Assembly (NCBI GenBank): GCA_023213395.1 | Contig: CM041465.1 | Location: 199,213,741 to 199,277,740 of the forward strand | Length of the DNA stretch: 64,000 nt | Direction: 5' to 3' | From: Cycas panzhihuaensis | Lineage: Eukaryota; Plantae; Cycadophyta | Shown here: one piece after another, positions 39,101 through 54,300 of the stretch | Layout: every line of letters starts with the position of its first letter | How positions within the stretch are numbered: the first letter of the stretch is position 1 | Made by a program: the position numbers and the translations under genes | The notes under the pieces: model-generated | What the model was told of the DNA's origin: nothing | Database searches by the model: none | Seen by the model: only the letters and a program-made list of their open reading frames with translations

Positions 39101-42100
39101 TGATATTCTGGATGGTTTCCCAAAGTTTGAAATTAAACCAAGCTCTTAGTAGTGAGTCACTTATGAATAACTTACTAACTAACTAATTGAGTACATATAG
39201 ATTATAGATTGATTAACTAGGTGTATTAGGTTTAGTGATTATCTAGTTTGTAGACCACTTTATGGTACCATTACTAAGGAAAGGGTATGTGAAGAGCAGT
39301 TTCTTAGTTCTAACCACTAACTAATACACTACAAGTTATAGATAATCGGCACATTTCCTATGGCTATATTACTAGGAAAACCTACTTAGAGGGGCCCTTT
39401 TATATACCTATAGGTACATGGAGGTACAATTCCATAGTAGAGTTCTACCTAAGGCTTAATTTAGAAGTGTGATCTCTAATCCTTCACGCACAGGTATATA
39501 CCCCCATATGCTTAGCCTAGAATGATAGATCCTCGTGATGTTTAAAGACCCTCAATATAGGGTCTCTATCTAAATGAGAGGAAGAAAACTACTTGGTGGT
39601 AGTGTTAAAGTATTTGTTTGATTGTAGTATAGTCCACCCTAGAATGTAAAAGTTTAAAAGAAAAACTAAAAAGAGAATAAAAATTGATAGAAATAAAAAC
39701 TAACAAAACTAATTTAGTATCTTTGACTCTCCCACTAGTTATGGAGCAACTACCTTGATACCACTTAGTAGGATACCACTCCTTTAATAATAAAAAGCAC
39801 ATAAATATAGCACATAGATAGCACCAAAATGAGAGCACTTATATTGCAATACTCTTATAGGGGGTAACCTGCCAGTTATATAAAATAACAAAGATCTTTA
39901 AAAGGTAGTCCACTTTAAGGATTACATGAATATATATAAGCTCTATGGCCACTACACAACCTCCCACTTACTCATATGGTATATTAGGAAGAAAGAATAA
40001 GTAGAAGATATAAGAGAAGGTAAGAGAAAGTAAGTTAAGGTTGGGTTCATAACAATCTATCTATGGATGATAGGTACTATTGAATTGTAGTCTTGTTCCT
40101 AAATGTTTCTATATAGTCTTTCAAAAATAACTTAAAATTTTACTATCTCAATTTGAGGTAATAATCTTCGGAATGCTACATAGTCTAACAACCTCCTTGA
40201 AAAATAAATCAACCATCCTAATTATATCATTTATCTTTTTACATATAATAAAATAATCTATTTTTAAAAATATCTCTATAATAACAAATATAGAATCATT
40301 CTCTCATTAGATATTCGATAATCGTAGCATAAAGTCCATGTTGAGGTCAACCCATGCTTCCTTAGGTACTAGTGACAACATGTGCAAAACTATATTTGAG
40401 GTTATCCTTTTACCACTTTGTACACTCTACATTATATCATTAACTTCTCCATCTCACTCCTCATATTTGACTAATAATACTTCTTCTGCACTAAGTCCAT
40501 AATCTTGTTGTTTACCAAATGTTCCCTAAGATCTCTATTATATAACTTCCTTATAATGTTATCCTTCTTAGAACTAATATAGATATATAATTGCCTTGTT
40601 TTAAATAAATAACCATCCTATAAAAATTAATCATTATATAATGAACCATTACTATCAATTAAAGGATACTAGTAGTGTTTAATTACATTTCTAAAGTCTA
40701 AATTTGTTTCATTCAAGTCCTTTATAGCCTCAAACTTGCCCATTTCACTTACCATTGTAATTGACATTGCCACCTTTATGCTTAATGTATTTGCCACTTG
40801 GTTTTTCTTCCATTATTTATGCTTTAATAAGAAAGTAAGACCTCGCAAATATGAAATTCACTTCATATGTCTAGAATTCAACTTCTTTTGGGTGTTGACA
40901 TACCTCAATATTTGATGGCTAATAAACAAAATAAACTCCTTAGGTACAAGGTAATATCTCCAATGTTTTAAGGCCTATATAATAGTATAAAATTATTGGT
41001 CATACATAGAATATCCCTTCCTTGCTTCATTTAGTTTATTACTATAAAATGTAATTGTCCTTTCCTCCTAACTTCTCATAACTCTAATAATAACATGGGA
41101 GGCATCGCAGTCAACCTTAAATACTTTTATAAAAATTGGAAGTTCTAATATCACCACCTTTGTCACTTTTTTATTCATTAAATTGAAACTTTATTATGCT
41201 ACTAGACAAATCCCTTGCTCTTTTTACAATCTAACAAAGTTGCAATAATATCTCTAAAAATTCATGAACTTTCTCTAAAATATGGCTAACTTATAAAAGT
41301 TCCTTACCTTTGTTATACTCTTAGATATAGGCCATTTAATAATGACTTTGATCTTCTCATCATATATGCGTAGTCTATCTCAAAAAATTACAAATCCCAA
41401 AAATACTAGAGTATTCTATATAAACCTACATTTCTTTAGGTTTACATATAACTTTTCTATCTATAATACATACAGCACCATCCTTAGGTGCATTAAATAC
41501 TTCTCTTTAGTATTATTAAATATTAAAATATCATCAAAAGATAGGTTATAATAAACTTGCTAATATATGGTCATACAATGGTGTTCATCAATCTTATGAA
41601 TATGCTTACACCATTTGACATGTCGAATGGCATGACTAACTACTCATATAGTCCCCTCTTATTTTGAAGGCTATTTTCCATTTGTCCATTTCCCAAATTT
41701 AAATCTAATAGTAACCACTAGTTGAGACAAATTTAGTGAAATAAGATGTATTTATTAAAACATCTATCATATCATCCATATGAGGGATAGAAAACCTATA
41801 CTTAATTATTATTTTATTAATTACTTTGCAATCAACACACATCCTCCAAGAGCCATCTTTCTTTGAGGTCAAAAGTATTAGAGTCACACATGAACTTAAA
41901 CATTTTTCACTAGCCCTCTCTTTATCCACTCATTGATTTATCTATTTAATTCTTCATTCTCCATAGGGATTAATTTGTATGATATTTGACTTAGTAGTAG
42001 AAATTACATAATCAACTCAATCTAATATTGCATGTCTCTCTTTCAGTAGTAAACCTTATAGAACCTTATCAAATATGATGGCATTATACTCTTATGATAT

Positions 42101-44592
42101 TTCATTCACTTCATATAATATCAATGCCTTCTCATCATTGTCTTCCATATGATTTATTGCTTAGGCATAATAAGTCCCTATCTCCTTTACTTCCCTTAGA
42201 AACTCATTTATAATTAGCATTCTCTCACCATTTCCTTCTTCCTTCATATATAGCAACACCACATTCACACCATCCTTCTAGAAGATATAAGTATTCTCCC
42301 TTCCATCATGATAGGCACTCCTATCATACTACCATGGCCTCCTTATTAACCCATGGCATGCATCTATTAGAAGAAAATCTCCCCATACCTCATCTTAGTA
42401 TATATTCTTGATTATAAATTTTACTAAATACCTCTTATCCACAACCACCTCACTATATATTTTGACCTAAGAGATTTAGTAAAGAGTAGGATACCTTTCA
42501 CAATGCAAGCCTATTTTTCTATCATCTCACTAGAAACCATATTCTTATAACTATTAATATCAATAATAATTTTGCAAACCTTATCTAAACATGAATCTCA
42601 TCTAGAAGATATTACTATGTAGATATAAACCAACACTTGCTTTTGCTTTCCTTTCATCTTGTGCTTGGCCTTGTTTTGGAGAAATCAAAGTGCTCCTCAA
42701 TATCAGGTTCTCTCCTACATCTATAATAATCCCTATATTTTATTCTTCTACTTAAGCTAAGTTTACTTAGGGCTACTCCCCTTAGTTCCTTAGATGATCA
42801 TAAAGATAAAGATATTTGAATGCCTTATGATCTTATTTATTATATATGAAGCAATTAATGGGATTTCTTAGTGTATTATCCCCCTTGCCACCACTATGAC
42901 CTTTGCCCCTTTATGCTTCTTAAAAACCTTTGTCTCTTTGTTAGATTTGGAATCCTCTTTATTCTTGCCTTCCTAGGGCTACATATTACATCACATCTTC
43001 TTGTCTCTCTAACTAAGTAGAAAACTTTCCCCAAAAGTAGTTAAATCCATCCTTACCTATAAATAGAGGTGATGGTTATTTCTTATCATAGATGATTTTT
43101 AATAATATTTTTGTTTTATTTCTCATCTCCCTTCAATGTAAATTAATAAGAATTTTCAACACTGTTAATCCTAAGTATACTTAATTCATCCTAAAGGGAT
43201 ATATTTAGGTCATCTATATACTTAGCAATCATTTGTTCTTTTACATTCTTGTTCTCTAATTTTAGAGTCAATTTGTGAAACTCATCTATATAATCTTGGA
43301 TGCTTATTTGTATTTTCCTTAAGTTTTAAAATTTTCTAAATAATATCCAAGAATAATCAATTAGAAGGAATTTCTCCTTGAGTTTTTGTACCATCTTATT
43401 CTAACTTCTAACATTATCCTTTATTTTCCTCACCCTTTTCTTTTATAAGTGATCCCATCATATTACTACATGACTCTTCAACTCAGTAGATGTAAGTTTT
43501 ACTTTTCTTTCCTCACTCATGTATCTTCATTTGAAGAACTTCTTAATGTTGTTAAACTAATTAATTAACTCTTCCAACTTTGTTATGTAGCTATTATCAA
43601 TAGTAGAACTTGATTCTTCGTATGTGTGATTGAGGAACCTAGTTATTAGTGTGAGCCATTAATATTTATATGAAAGCCACTTACTCTTGCTAATAGAATA
43701 CATATCACTTACACCCACCAATGGAAGTTTATAAAGGAGATCTCAGTTGACTTTATAAGGTCCCATCAAATATAGAAGAAGGATTATGAAATATGTAATA
43801 CGTTATATGTCACATACCACGATACTACTTTGGTGTTATTTTTGGTGTCTTTTAATTCTATAATTCTTTTTTTTTATTAATAAAGGTCAATTTGTTATAT
43901 TTCTATTCATAATATTATGCTCTTTAAGCTCTCTTAATCAAATATTTATAGTATTAATTAGGGTAGACCTATCCCAAGTGGTATTATAGCTCAGTTTGAG
44001 GCATCCTTTGATAACAATAAAGTGAAAGTAAGGCAAAAGAAGTGGATTTCCAGTAGTCTTACTACAAATTTTTTATTTCCTTATGCTAATATTTGTAATT
44101 CTTCTTTTTTTTTTTTTTTTTGGTAATATTCTTCTCTTTATACAAGTAGTGGTCTAGGTAGAATCCCTATTCTAGGTGTTTTAAAACATCCATAGGAAAT
44201 CTACCATTATTAGCTAAGTGTACTTGGTGATAGGCTAGTACATGAAAGAAGGTGGTGCATTTGCTAATGCCTAGCATTTATCCAATATCTATATATAAAA
44301 TTGAGCCTCTGCATACCCTTGAATATATAAAAGGTCCCTAGTAGGATTTTTCAAAGCCTTAGAATAGGTAATGAGTCAATTGTCTATAACCCATACTGTA
44401 TTAGTTGGTGGTTAGTGCCATGAAGATACTCTCCATGAATACCTTTAATAAGGATAACACAATTATAGGTATGATAATTATTTTTAGTTAGTACCTTGAG
44501 ATATTAGGCTAGTGGTATTAATGACTAAGAAGTTTATAAGAAGACCTACATACTAGATAAACCTTGAGTTAAGTGTCTATCTAAGTACTCAT

Positions 44593-44812
44593 TCTCTAAA
44601 TTATGGTTTTTAGGTTTGTAATAACACTTGCTTAAAATTTCCATCTACAGGCTCACTATTATCAAAACCATCACTAGTATACTTTACATAAAGAAAAAAG
44701 ATATATTTTTTCTTTATTCAAAGTATACTAGTGATGGTTTTGATAATAGTGAGCATGTAGATGGAAATTTTAAGCAGCTATTATTGTAAACCTAAAACCC
44801 ATAATTTAAAGA
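44593..44812. repeat. Foldback inverted repeat, ~107-bp arms with a 6-nt loop
   Basis: 44593-44699 is the reverse complement of 44706-44812 with about 10 mismatches by hand count. Confidence 0.95.
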
Positions 44813-47800
44813 TCATTATTTTCTAACTACCTTATTTTAACAAAGGCATTGCATTTATCATGTTGTACTAGGTTAGTTTTAATCCTTGTTTTTGGTGAAA
44901 AATGATATATAAACATTTTGTTATCCCCATGACCAAATTTTTTAGTACATACTCTTACCTACATCATCTTGATAAGTCTATCACACTTGTTCTAGTGCAT
45001 TAAGTAAGCTTATTACATAAATTTTAAGGTAAATAGCCTACATACACCTTGTTTAGGCTTACTTAACTTTTACTTAAGAGGTTAATGAGATATTAACACC
45101 CTCCATCCCCCTCCTCCCACTTGCCTCCATCCCCTCTCTTTCCCTTCTACATCACTCCTTAACTCTTTAGTTCTATTCTCTCTATCTAATCCCCTTTTCT
45201 TTAAATTCCTTCCTCTTCCCTAATCCATTTTATTTGAGTCCCTTTCTTTGAACTCATATCAACAACTTATATATATTTTTTATATAATTTCTCCTCTTAC
45301 TCAAGCAAGTTAGATTTTAGCACTATAAATCCAATACAATACTTTAACTGATAATATCATGAACCTATTTGATGAGACTAAGAAGCTTTCCACATAAATA
45401 TCTAATATGCCCTCACGCTCTAATTTAATTGATAGCTCCCCACCGCATCTACCCTACCTTATCATGCCCTTACCATATTAGCATCCATTATACCATAAAA
45501 TCACCATCTAGAGATTCAACCTTAACCTTAATAAGGATACCATATAAAGTTAGATTAGTAAGTTAGAATCATATTTCTACCTAACCCCTTATCACCAGAT
45601 CATTAATTAATCTTTACCTCCAAACACCTTAAAAGTAAAGCATGTTAATGGTTTTATTAGTGGCAATGCAAGAATCCCACTAACTAAATATGGGATTTAT
45701 TTTATAAATGTTTCTTTGACTAGTACAAAGACATGTGAAACTAGTCCTTATTTAGTTAACTTACCTATCTCAAATAAACAACATTGATTAAATAATATAT
45801 TAAAGAATTTTTGACCCTATAGAATCAAGTCTCTCAATCCCTCGATCAGTAAACTATCATTGATGCATATGTATTTGGCCTTAAGGACCACATCCAAGTA
45901 TACCATAGCGTGGTTCTTCTAATGACTATCAGAGAAGCCATATTTATAATAAAGGCAACTAAAGTAGAGTTTGTGGCAGAACAACTAGCTATGTTTCATT
46001 GATATTCTCCTTGATACCAACAACCTTACCTCATAGATCAGCAATGCCAATGTTAACTCATGGATGATTTATACTACATAACAATAGAACTCTCTTTATA
46101 TCCTTTACATGTACTCATAGTTAAAGTGAATAAGTGTTGAGAGGTTGGCCTTTACATTGAGTACTCAGAGAAGTGAACCCTTGATCATGGCAAGGTATAC
46201 AAAGTTAGGTAAATGGTCTTTATAATTGATCTTAACCTATATGTAAAAGAAGATTTAGATTCTAAGCATAATACAAGTGATAGGCACCCCTTAAGAATCC
46301 TCCCCAGACCATAAACTAAAAGTCTCTTTGGTAATCATTTCCTTTATATCTTTCCTTAAATGCCATAGAGTTAAAGGCATACTGTAAAAATCCCATATTA
46401 CCATCTTGATTAATAGTGGCATATTACTAAATTTCAATGACATAACCTTTACTAAATAAATTAACCTTTATATTATCCCCAAAATCAATTTCACTTGCTC
46501 TTTACTAGGATACCATACTCTTCATTGGGTAGGCATAATCAAGAATTAGCATATCCAAATTCTCACTTACCACTTAATATCTAATTTTTACACTCTATTT
46601 AAAGGAGGATTAGATGTTATCCTAGGAGTCTAATGGCTTCAAACCTTTAATGCATACAGCATAAATAACTCCCCTACTAACCCCTTTATCTTGTTTAAGG
46701 ATAACCTTAGTTAAGCATACAAACTCCATGGAATTTAACCTCTCCTAAAAAAATACCTCTCTTAACCTAATGTGTAAGAAACTAAATAGTAGTATAGGTT
46801 ACATAGTCTGTATCAATAATATTAAAGCCTAACCCATGATCCACCCTGGCATCTAAGCTATCTTGAACCAATATTAGTCTATATTTTCCCCTAGTGGATT
46901 TCACCATCCTATCAAGATGAAAAACCTTTATGAACTTATTAGTCTTAGACCTTACTATAATTCATATTTTTAAAAGAATAAAATTAGAAAAATCACTACT
47001 ATGATTATGGATATGGGAATTACTCAATGAAGAAAAAGTCCTTACACTACCCCCATCATTCTTATTTAAAAAGGAGATGGATCTTTTCAACTACATTTGA
47101 TTACTAAAAGATCAACAAAATCATGTTAAAAAAACAAGTATCTACCCCCTTGATTGATGATATGTTTGATGAAATACATAGTGCCATAATATTCTCCAAG
47201 CTTGACCCCCAATTTGGGTACGATCAAATCCCCATTGCCCCTAAGGATTATTAAAATATTACCTTTTGTACACACCAAGACCACTTCAAATTTTAAGTCA
47301 TGTTGTTTGGTCTTTATAATAACCATGCCATGTTTAAATCTCTAATAAATAACAAATTTGTACCATATCCTTAAAATTTTATCATTGTCTTTTTTAATTA
47401 CATACTCATTTATAATTCCCTACCAACATCCCCAATACTTAGAAGTCATCCTTAAGTCCTCCACTCAATAACAACTCTATGCTAAATTATTTAAATATGA
47501 ATTTAGGAAATTTAAATTACAATGCCTTTCCCACATTATTTTCTCTAAGGGTATCTAGGTTAGCCTAGATAAATTTTTAATTATTCTTACTTGTCCAGCC
47601 TATTAAAGCCTTACTTGGCTATGAATTTTCTTGGGGCTCACTATTTCTACCATTGTTTTTCCAACAACTATGCTTCTCTTATCAGTTGCCTCACTAATTT
47701 ACTTTGTAAAGACTTACTTTAGTGGTCTCCTTCTATAAACAAAGCCTTTAGCTACCTTAAAATAATTATGACCTCCATTCATATCTTTGTTACTTTAAAT

Positions 47801-50335
47801 TTCTCTCAACTATTTTAACTTCAATATAACACCTCTTATTCAACTTTGGTATAATAGTCATGCAAAATTTTGACCTAATTATATTTAAGAGTATTAAGCT
47901 TAAAATGCATAAGTGTTGCTTCACTATATATTAAAAGGAGATGAAATTTATTTTACATGTGTTAGATAAATGGTGCTAACACATCCTTGACTCATGCTCA
48001 CCATCCTAATTGATTGTCACAGCCTTCACCATCTTCCTAACCAGTTAGTCCTACCTGAAGAAAGCTAAGTGGATTAATCAGTGTTAGGTGTTAAACTTTA
48101 TATAAGAAATCCAAGGACAATATTATTATTAATTCTCTATCTTGCCTTCTATCTAAACCCATCATTCATGCTATCTCTAAACCTTAATCCACTTAGCTAG
48201 CTAAGTTGGCCATAACTAATCCATCCTAGCATGATTACATCCATTGGACTATAAACATCTACATTCAAAAAAATGGATCTGAACATAATATCCATCTCCT
48301 TTATAAAAATTGTATCTTCATCCACCTTACATCCTCTTTCATTCCCTACATCCTCTCTAAATACTATTCCACCCACTTAGGTAGCCGCTTTGGCTTTAAT
48401 AAAACCTATTGTCATATTTGTATTGATTTTTACTGGTCATATATAAAGTCTAATATCCTTGCCTTCACCTCTTAATGTGACATATTCCAACATAACAAAC
48501 TTGAGTTAATTTCTTAGTGAGGACTTCTCTAACCCTTGCATATTCCCCAAGGTAAATGATAGGATATTACCATAGGATTTATCACTAACCTTCCATCATT
48601 TGTTACGTTCAACTCCATCTTAGTTATCATTGATAGAATAATCAAGTATGCTTACTTCTTACCATTTCACACCACTTATAAGGTCCCTCACCTTATTAAT
48701 CTAAATATCAATTGATTTTCTATCTTTATGGGTTTCCTTCTACCATATATATGGCCAGGACCCCAAGTTTACCAGTTTATTTTGGCAAGAGCTCTTTCCT
48801 ATTGTTAGAAAGGTTAATGTTACTTTTTAAGTTATTAAGGTCAATGTTATAAAGTTTTAACATTTAATTATTATTCATTATGTAAAGTTCATTGAAATTA
48901 GCAACTGTCCATTTCAACGAATCTTTCACTTCTTAAAAATCCTCTCCTAGAATCTAGGAGAGATAATGGAAGGTTGTCTAGTTGTCCTAAGCCTATCTTA
49001 AGGCTAGTCTAAAATCTTTAGCTGGTATGTAGGTGGTATTCATGTTCATGTCTGATTATCATGGCTATGTAAATGTTTTTAGAAATAGAATTTCTCTTTA
49101 AGAGGTGGTTTTTCTTCCCTATAAGGGGTTTTCCACTTGCCAAATATGTGTATCTGTGCAATATTATTTTGATGATTGTGTATGCTCATTTTTTAGATCC
49201 TCTTGATATTGTACATGATATTAATCTTTAACATGGTATCAGAGCCATATGCCAGGTTTGTCCTAGATCTATATATATATCACTTCTTATAATGCTCTTT
49301 TGCCCAGTTCTCAGATCTAGTGTGTTTTCCTGAGGCTAGAAGCCTTACTATCATCAACGATTCACATTCTTTTGAACAAGAAAACTGAGGACCAATTACT
49401 CCATTCCTATCATCAAGTACAAAACTCTATGGAATGTATCCTTCTAGTGGAAGAAGGCCATTCTCAAAATAAAACTCCATCTGTACATTAAAATTCTTCA
49501 ACAGAATATGAGAGAAAACTAGCTAATATCTTTAAGGGAGATTATAGCCTAAAAGAAGCCCTTGGGGTCCCAGACCTGTCTGTCTTCTTTGCTCTACCTT
49601 TCTCCTCCTCATGGTTCACTTGAAAATCCTCTCTTAAATGTCTAGACGAGGATAGGTGCAGGAGATGTCTCCCAACCAACACCGCAACCTACCAAGTCGA
49701 TTTTATCTCTAAGTCATTTTCCTCCTTCCATAATCTCGTTGCTACCCAACCAACATGATCTCCTCCTAGTATGCACCTGCTATAACAACTAAGAAGCACT
49801 TGTTAATGGCTCCATTTAATCGAACTCTGCTCCAAATAAGATGTTTCCAGAAGCTCTGTCCATAGTCATGTAAGAGAACAAAGAGGAGAAGGTGGAAAAA
49901 GATAATAGTAAATGCTTGAGAAGAAAACACCAACATTGATTCACGACTGGACAACGTGATACAGAGGAGACGCCAACACTGAGAACTGAAATCAACCATG
50001 AGATAGAGAAGATGCCAATTATGTTTGACCCGTAGACCTCAACAACATTGTGGCCACTGTTGTTGAATGCCATCGGACGTCACGCCACTCGCAGACTTAA
50101 ACGCCATAGTCATCGCCTCGAATGCAAAGCCGTCGCTAATCTAAAGCTAAAGAACCAGCTCTCAACACCATACAAAGACGAAGATTCATCATTGCTGACT
50201 CAACCTGGAATAGTTAGGGTTTCATTAACAAATAACGATCCCATTGTTAAAATAAATTTGATATATTTTTATTTTAATAAAAAATCTTGTATTTTTTTAA
50301 TATTTAATTCGAGTCTATGTCGCCTCACCCCCCAT

Positions 50336-50337
<2 letters not shown>

Positions 50338-50398
<61 letters not shown>
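50338..50398. repeat. (AT)n microsatellite in copia D leader
   Basis: Direct reading. Confidence 0.97.
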
Positions 50399-50400
<2 letters not shown>

Positions 50401-51300
50401 TTTAAAATTAAACTTAGTTAACTTTAAGGTAATTATGTAATTAATTAAAACATACATTCTTGAAGGGCCTACCTCTCTTATTTTTTTATTAATTCATCTT
50501 AATTTAAAAACTCCCCTTCCCTTAATCATTTATTTTTAAACCTTATTATTTAAATGTTAGTACATAGTTAAAACCACCCCCTTATCCATCATTTAATAAA
50601 TTCATAAAACTTTAGTATTTCTTAAATTGATTTGATAATTTCATTTTTTGATTTAACATTAATTTACTGCTTCTTTATAAAATTAATTAATTATTCTCCT
50701 CTCTCCTTATTAAACCAATTATAACATAATTTAAATTCTTTTGAAAGATAATCATAGTTATAAGATAAATTGGGCTAAATACAAACCCCACCCCCCCCCC
50801 CCCCCCCCACTTCACCACTCTTAAAAATGAAATCATTAGCTATATAATAAAGCAGTTTTTATAATTAGCACATTAAGTATCTTAATTTTTAATCTTTCTC
50901 GTTAATAACCTGTAATTTGTTACAAATTAATTTTTTTTTTCTTTTCTTTAATCAACTTAATATTCTTTCAAAATATTAAGTTATATTAATAACAAGGGAA
51001 GTATTTATCACTAATTTTCTTTTTTTCTCTAAGGGGATGATATTTAAACAAATTATCTAAATTAACAGCAATGATCCTAAACACTTTTATTCATGTCTCT
51101 ACCACAAATATCTGATTTAAACATCTCTATTAATTATCTATGGAAAATTAAAGGATACCTTTAATGTTCAATTGTTATCAATGAGTTTTGTGAATCATTA
51201 ATTTATCTACAGTCAAACTTGTCAAACCTCTTTCAAGAGGATCTCTAAACTTGACAAAACCTATTTCAAGAGGATCTCTAATCATTGTTTTGTATTCATA

Positions 51301-54300
51301 ATGGCACTCACAGCAAGTTCAACCCCCTGTATACCAATTCCAGTTTTAAATAGCTCAAATTATGCCGACTGGAAGAATCGAACATCCCATTAGTTTAAAT
51401 AGCAAAAGATATGGCAATATGTTACAGGTAAATTTATAAAACCCAAAGACAAAAAATTAGAAAGCTATATGGTCTATCTGATGAATTGTGATGGAGCCCT
51501 AGGCACCATCCTATCAACTCTTTCACCAAACATTAGTCAATAATTTTCTAATACAGACAAACTTGAAACCGTCTAGAAAACCCTTAAGGAGATATATGAC
51601 AAGGTTGATACACAACAATTAGCTATCCTAGAACAACAATTATATGACCTCAAGTATGATGACTTTTCTAAATTCAAAGATTTCTTATCCAAAATTTAAC
51701 TTATCAACAAAGAACTAGAGAATTGTATTGAATCTATAGTAAAAGTAGGTGATAAAGAAGAAAAAGTCATGCATGCCAAAGACGACGATACACTCATTCG
51801 GTTGGCAATAAACAAACTTTCAAAGTATTTTAATCTCTTTAAAACTACTAGACAGCAAGTTAGTAATCCACAAATAACCTTCAATTAGTTGACAAATCAA
51901 CTAATAGAACACCAAACAATGTTAATTCAAACCAAAAAATTAAAGGATCCTTCTTAGGCTTTCTTTTCAAAATCAAAACTTCAACATAAAACTAAACATC
52001 AAAATAATTATAATAGTAGTCCTAAGTTTCAGAAACCTCACAGAGGTCCACCATCTACTTCTCAAAATAATACTGAGTATTCTAGACCACCAAGATACCA
52101 GAATACCTCTAAACAGTTCGTTCCAAATCTGAACATTGTAAATCCTTCACAGAATATTAGTTGTGCTTATTGCCATAAACAAGCCTACACTATTAATGTT
52201 TGTAAAAATGGAATAGCTTCAAAAGCTTAGAAAGCTTCTAAGGGAATTTAATCCTGACCCCAATCATATAATTGGTCTTTAACTACTTCTACCTCTTCCT
52301 TTGTTGCTCTATCTAGTATATCACCGCAATGAATTCTTCACTTTGGTGCTTCCCATCACATGACATGACACTAAGAGAATTTAACCACTTATCAATCTGA
52401 TACTAACTTTGAAAAAGAGATTTCTTTCAGGAGTAGATCTAAACTCAAAGTGAAAGGATCGGATGATGTCACTCTGAATGATGGTTTAATCAAAGTCATA
52501 TTCTACATACTTGGTTTGTTACCAAATCTTCTTTCTATTTACCAAATCTGCTAGAAAGATCTTATTATCGAATTCTGAAAAGATAAATTTATTATTAAAG
52601 AACCATTAAAAATAAATAAATCTATTGCCTTTGGACTTGTTGATCATAAAATAGGTCTTTATAACTTAATTAATTTACAAAATACTAAAATAAAGTCCTT
52701 TAGTACCTTTATAGCCAAATTTGACCCAGTTAGTAAATTATGGAATGTACGGTTTGTCCATACTAGCTATGGCAAACTTCACTATCTAAAAAGACATGGT
52801 ATAGTTCATGATCTTCCTATCCTAAATACTATTTATGGTGTTTGCGAAGCCTATATAACAGGTAAGGAACACATGGATCCCTTTCAACATCAGACCCAAT
52901 TCAAAGTAAAAGTTCCACTTGAACTTGTTCACTCTGATATATGTGGAACATTCCATGTAACTTCATACTCTAGCAATTGTTATTTCATCATCTTTATTGA
53001 TTATTTTTGAAAAAATATTGGGTGTACACACTTAAGACTCGTAATCAAGTGTTTGATATCTTCACTAAATTCAAAAGACTTGTCGAAAATCAATCAAACT
53101 CAAAAATTTAAATTTTCAGATTTGACAATGCTAAAGAATACGTAAGTAGCAAATTTATTTCCTTTTGCAAAAAACATGGAATTCAATTTCAATATTCTAT
53201 TGCTTACACTGCACAATAAAACAGTGTTGTTGAACATAAAATCTGTACTCTAGTTGAAATGACTTGATGCATGCTACATGCAAAGAATCTTGATCTAAAG
53301 TTATGGGCAGAAATAATTGTTTGGTCTAACTATCTCCTAAATCGCCTACCTAGTAAGACCTTAAAGAATATTACACTGAAACAGAAATAGTCTAGTCATA
53401 AACCTTCAGTTAAACATCTTAGAATCTTTGTAAGTATTGCGTGGCGACATGTTCCCAAAGAAAAATACAAGAAACTATATCCTAAAAGTTTAAAATATAT
53501 CTTCGTTGGTTACAACGAAGAGAGCAAAGCTTACAGACTTCTAGATCCAATCACGCATAAGATCTCAATCTTACGTGATATAATATTTGATGAAGAAGGA
53601 TCTACATCAAATTCTACTTACGTAGAACTCCCAATTGAGAATTTGTTAACCAACACTTATTTAGTTGGACCCCTCAGAAAGACAACCTAACTCTGAAACG
53701 ATAGAATCCTTATCCACACAAGTCCAGAACTGGACTCTATCTGAGCTAACCATAATAGATCATTCCTCTCAATATAGTTCTTTAGATTAACTTATGACTA
53801 TAGAAACTATCATAAACAAACATCCTATATGGGTAAAGAAAACTCTTTATGATGCTAGATCTGACATAGGTAATCCTTCAAATACTAGGAGAACACGTTC
53901 TAAAAAATTAGAAACTAAGTATATACTAATAACCAAAATAATAGCCAGTGATGATCCTAAAATATTTAAACAAGCTAGTAATAATCTCATATGGCAGCAA
54001 GCCATGTAAATTAAAATATATGCTTTAAAAAAGAATTAAACTTGGGATCTTGTTACTTTACTGCTAGGAAAGAATCTAGTTGATTATAAATGAATTTATC
54101 AAACTAAATTTAATTCATCAGGAGCTATTAAAAAATATAAAGCTCGCTTAGTTACAAAAGGTTTCTCACAAATTGATGGCATTGATTATAATGAAACATT
54201 CACCTCTATTACAAAAATGAATACTATCAAAACTATTATTGCTCTAACAGCCAATTTTGGTTGGGAAATCCATCAAATGAATGTTAAGAGCACTTTTTTA

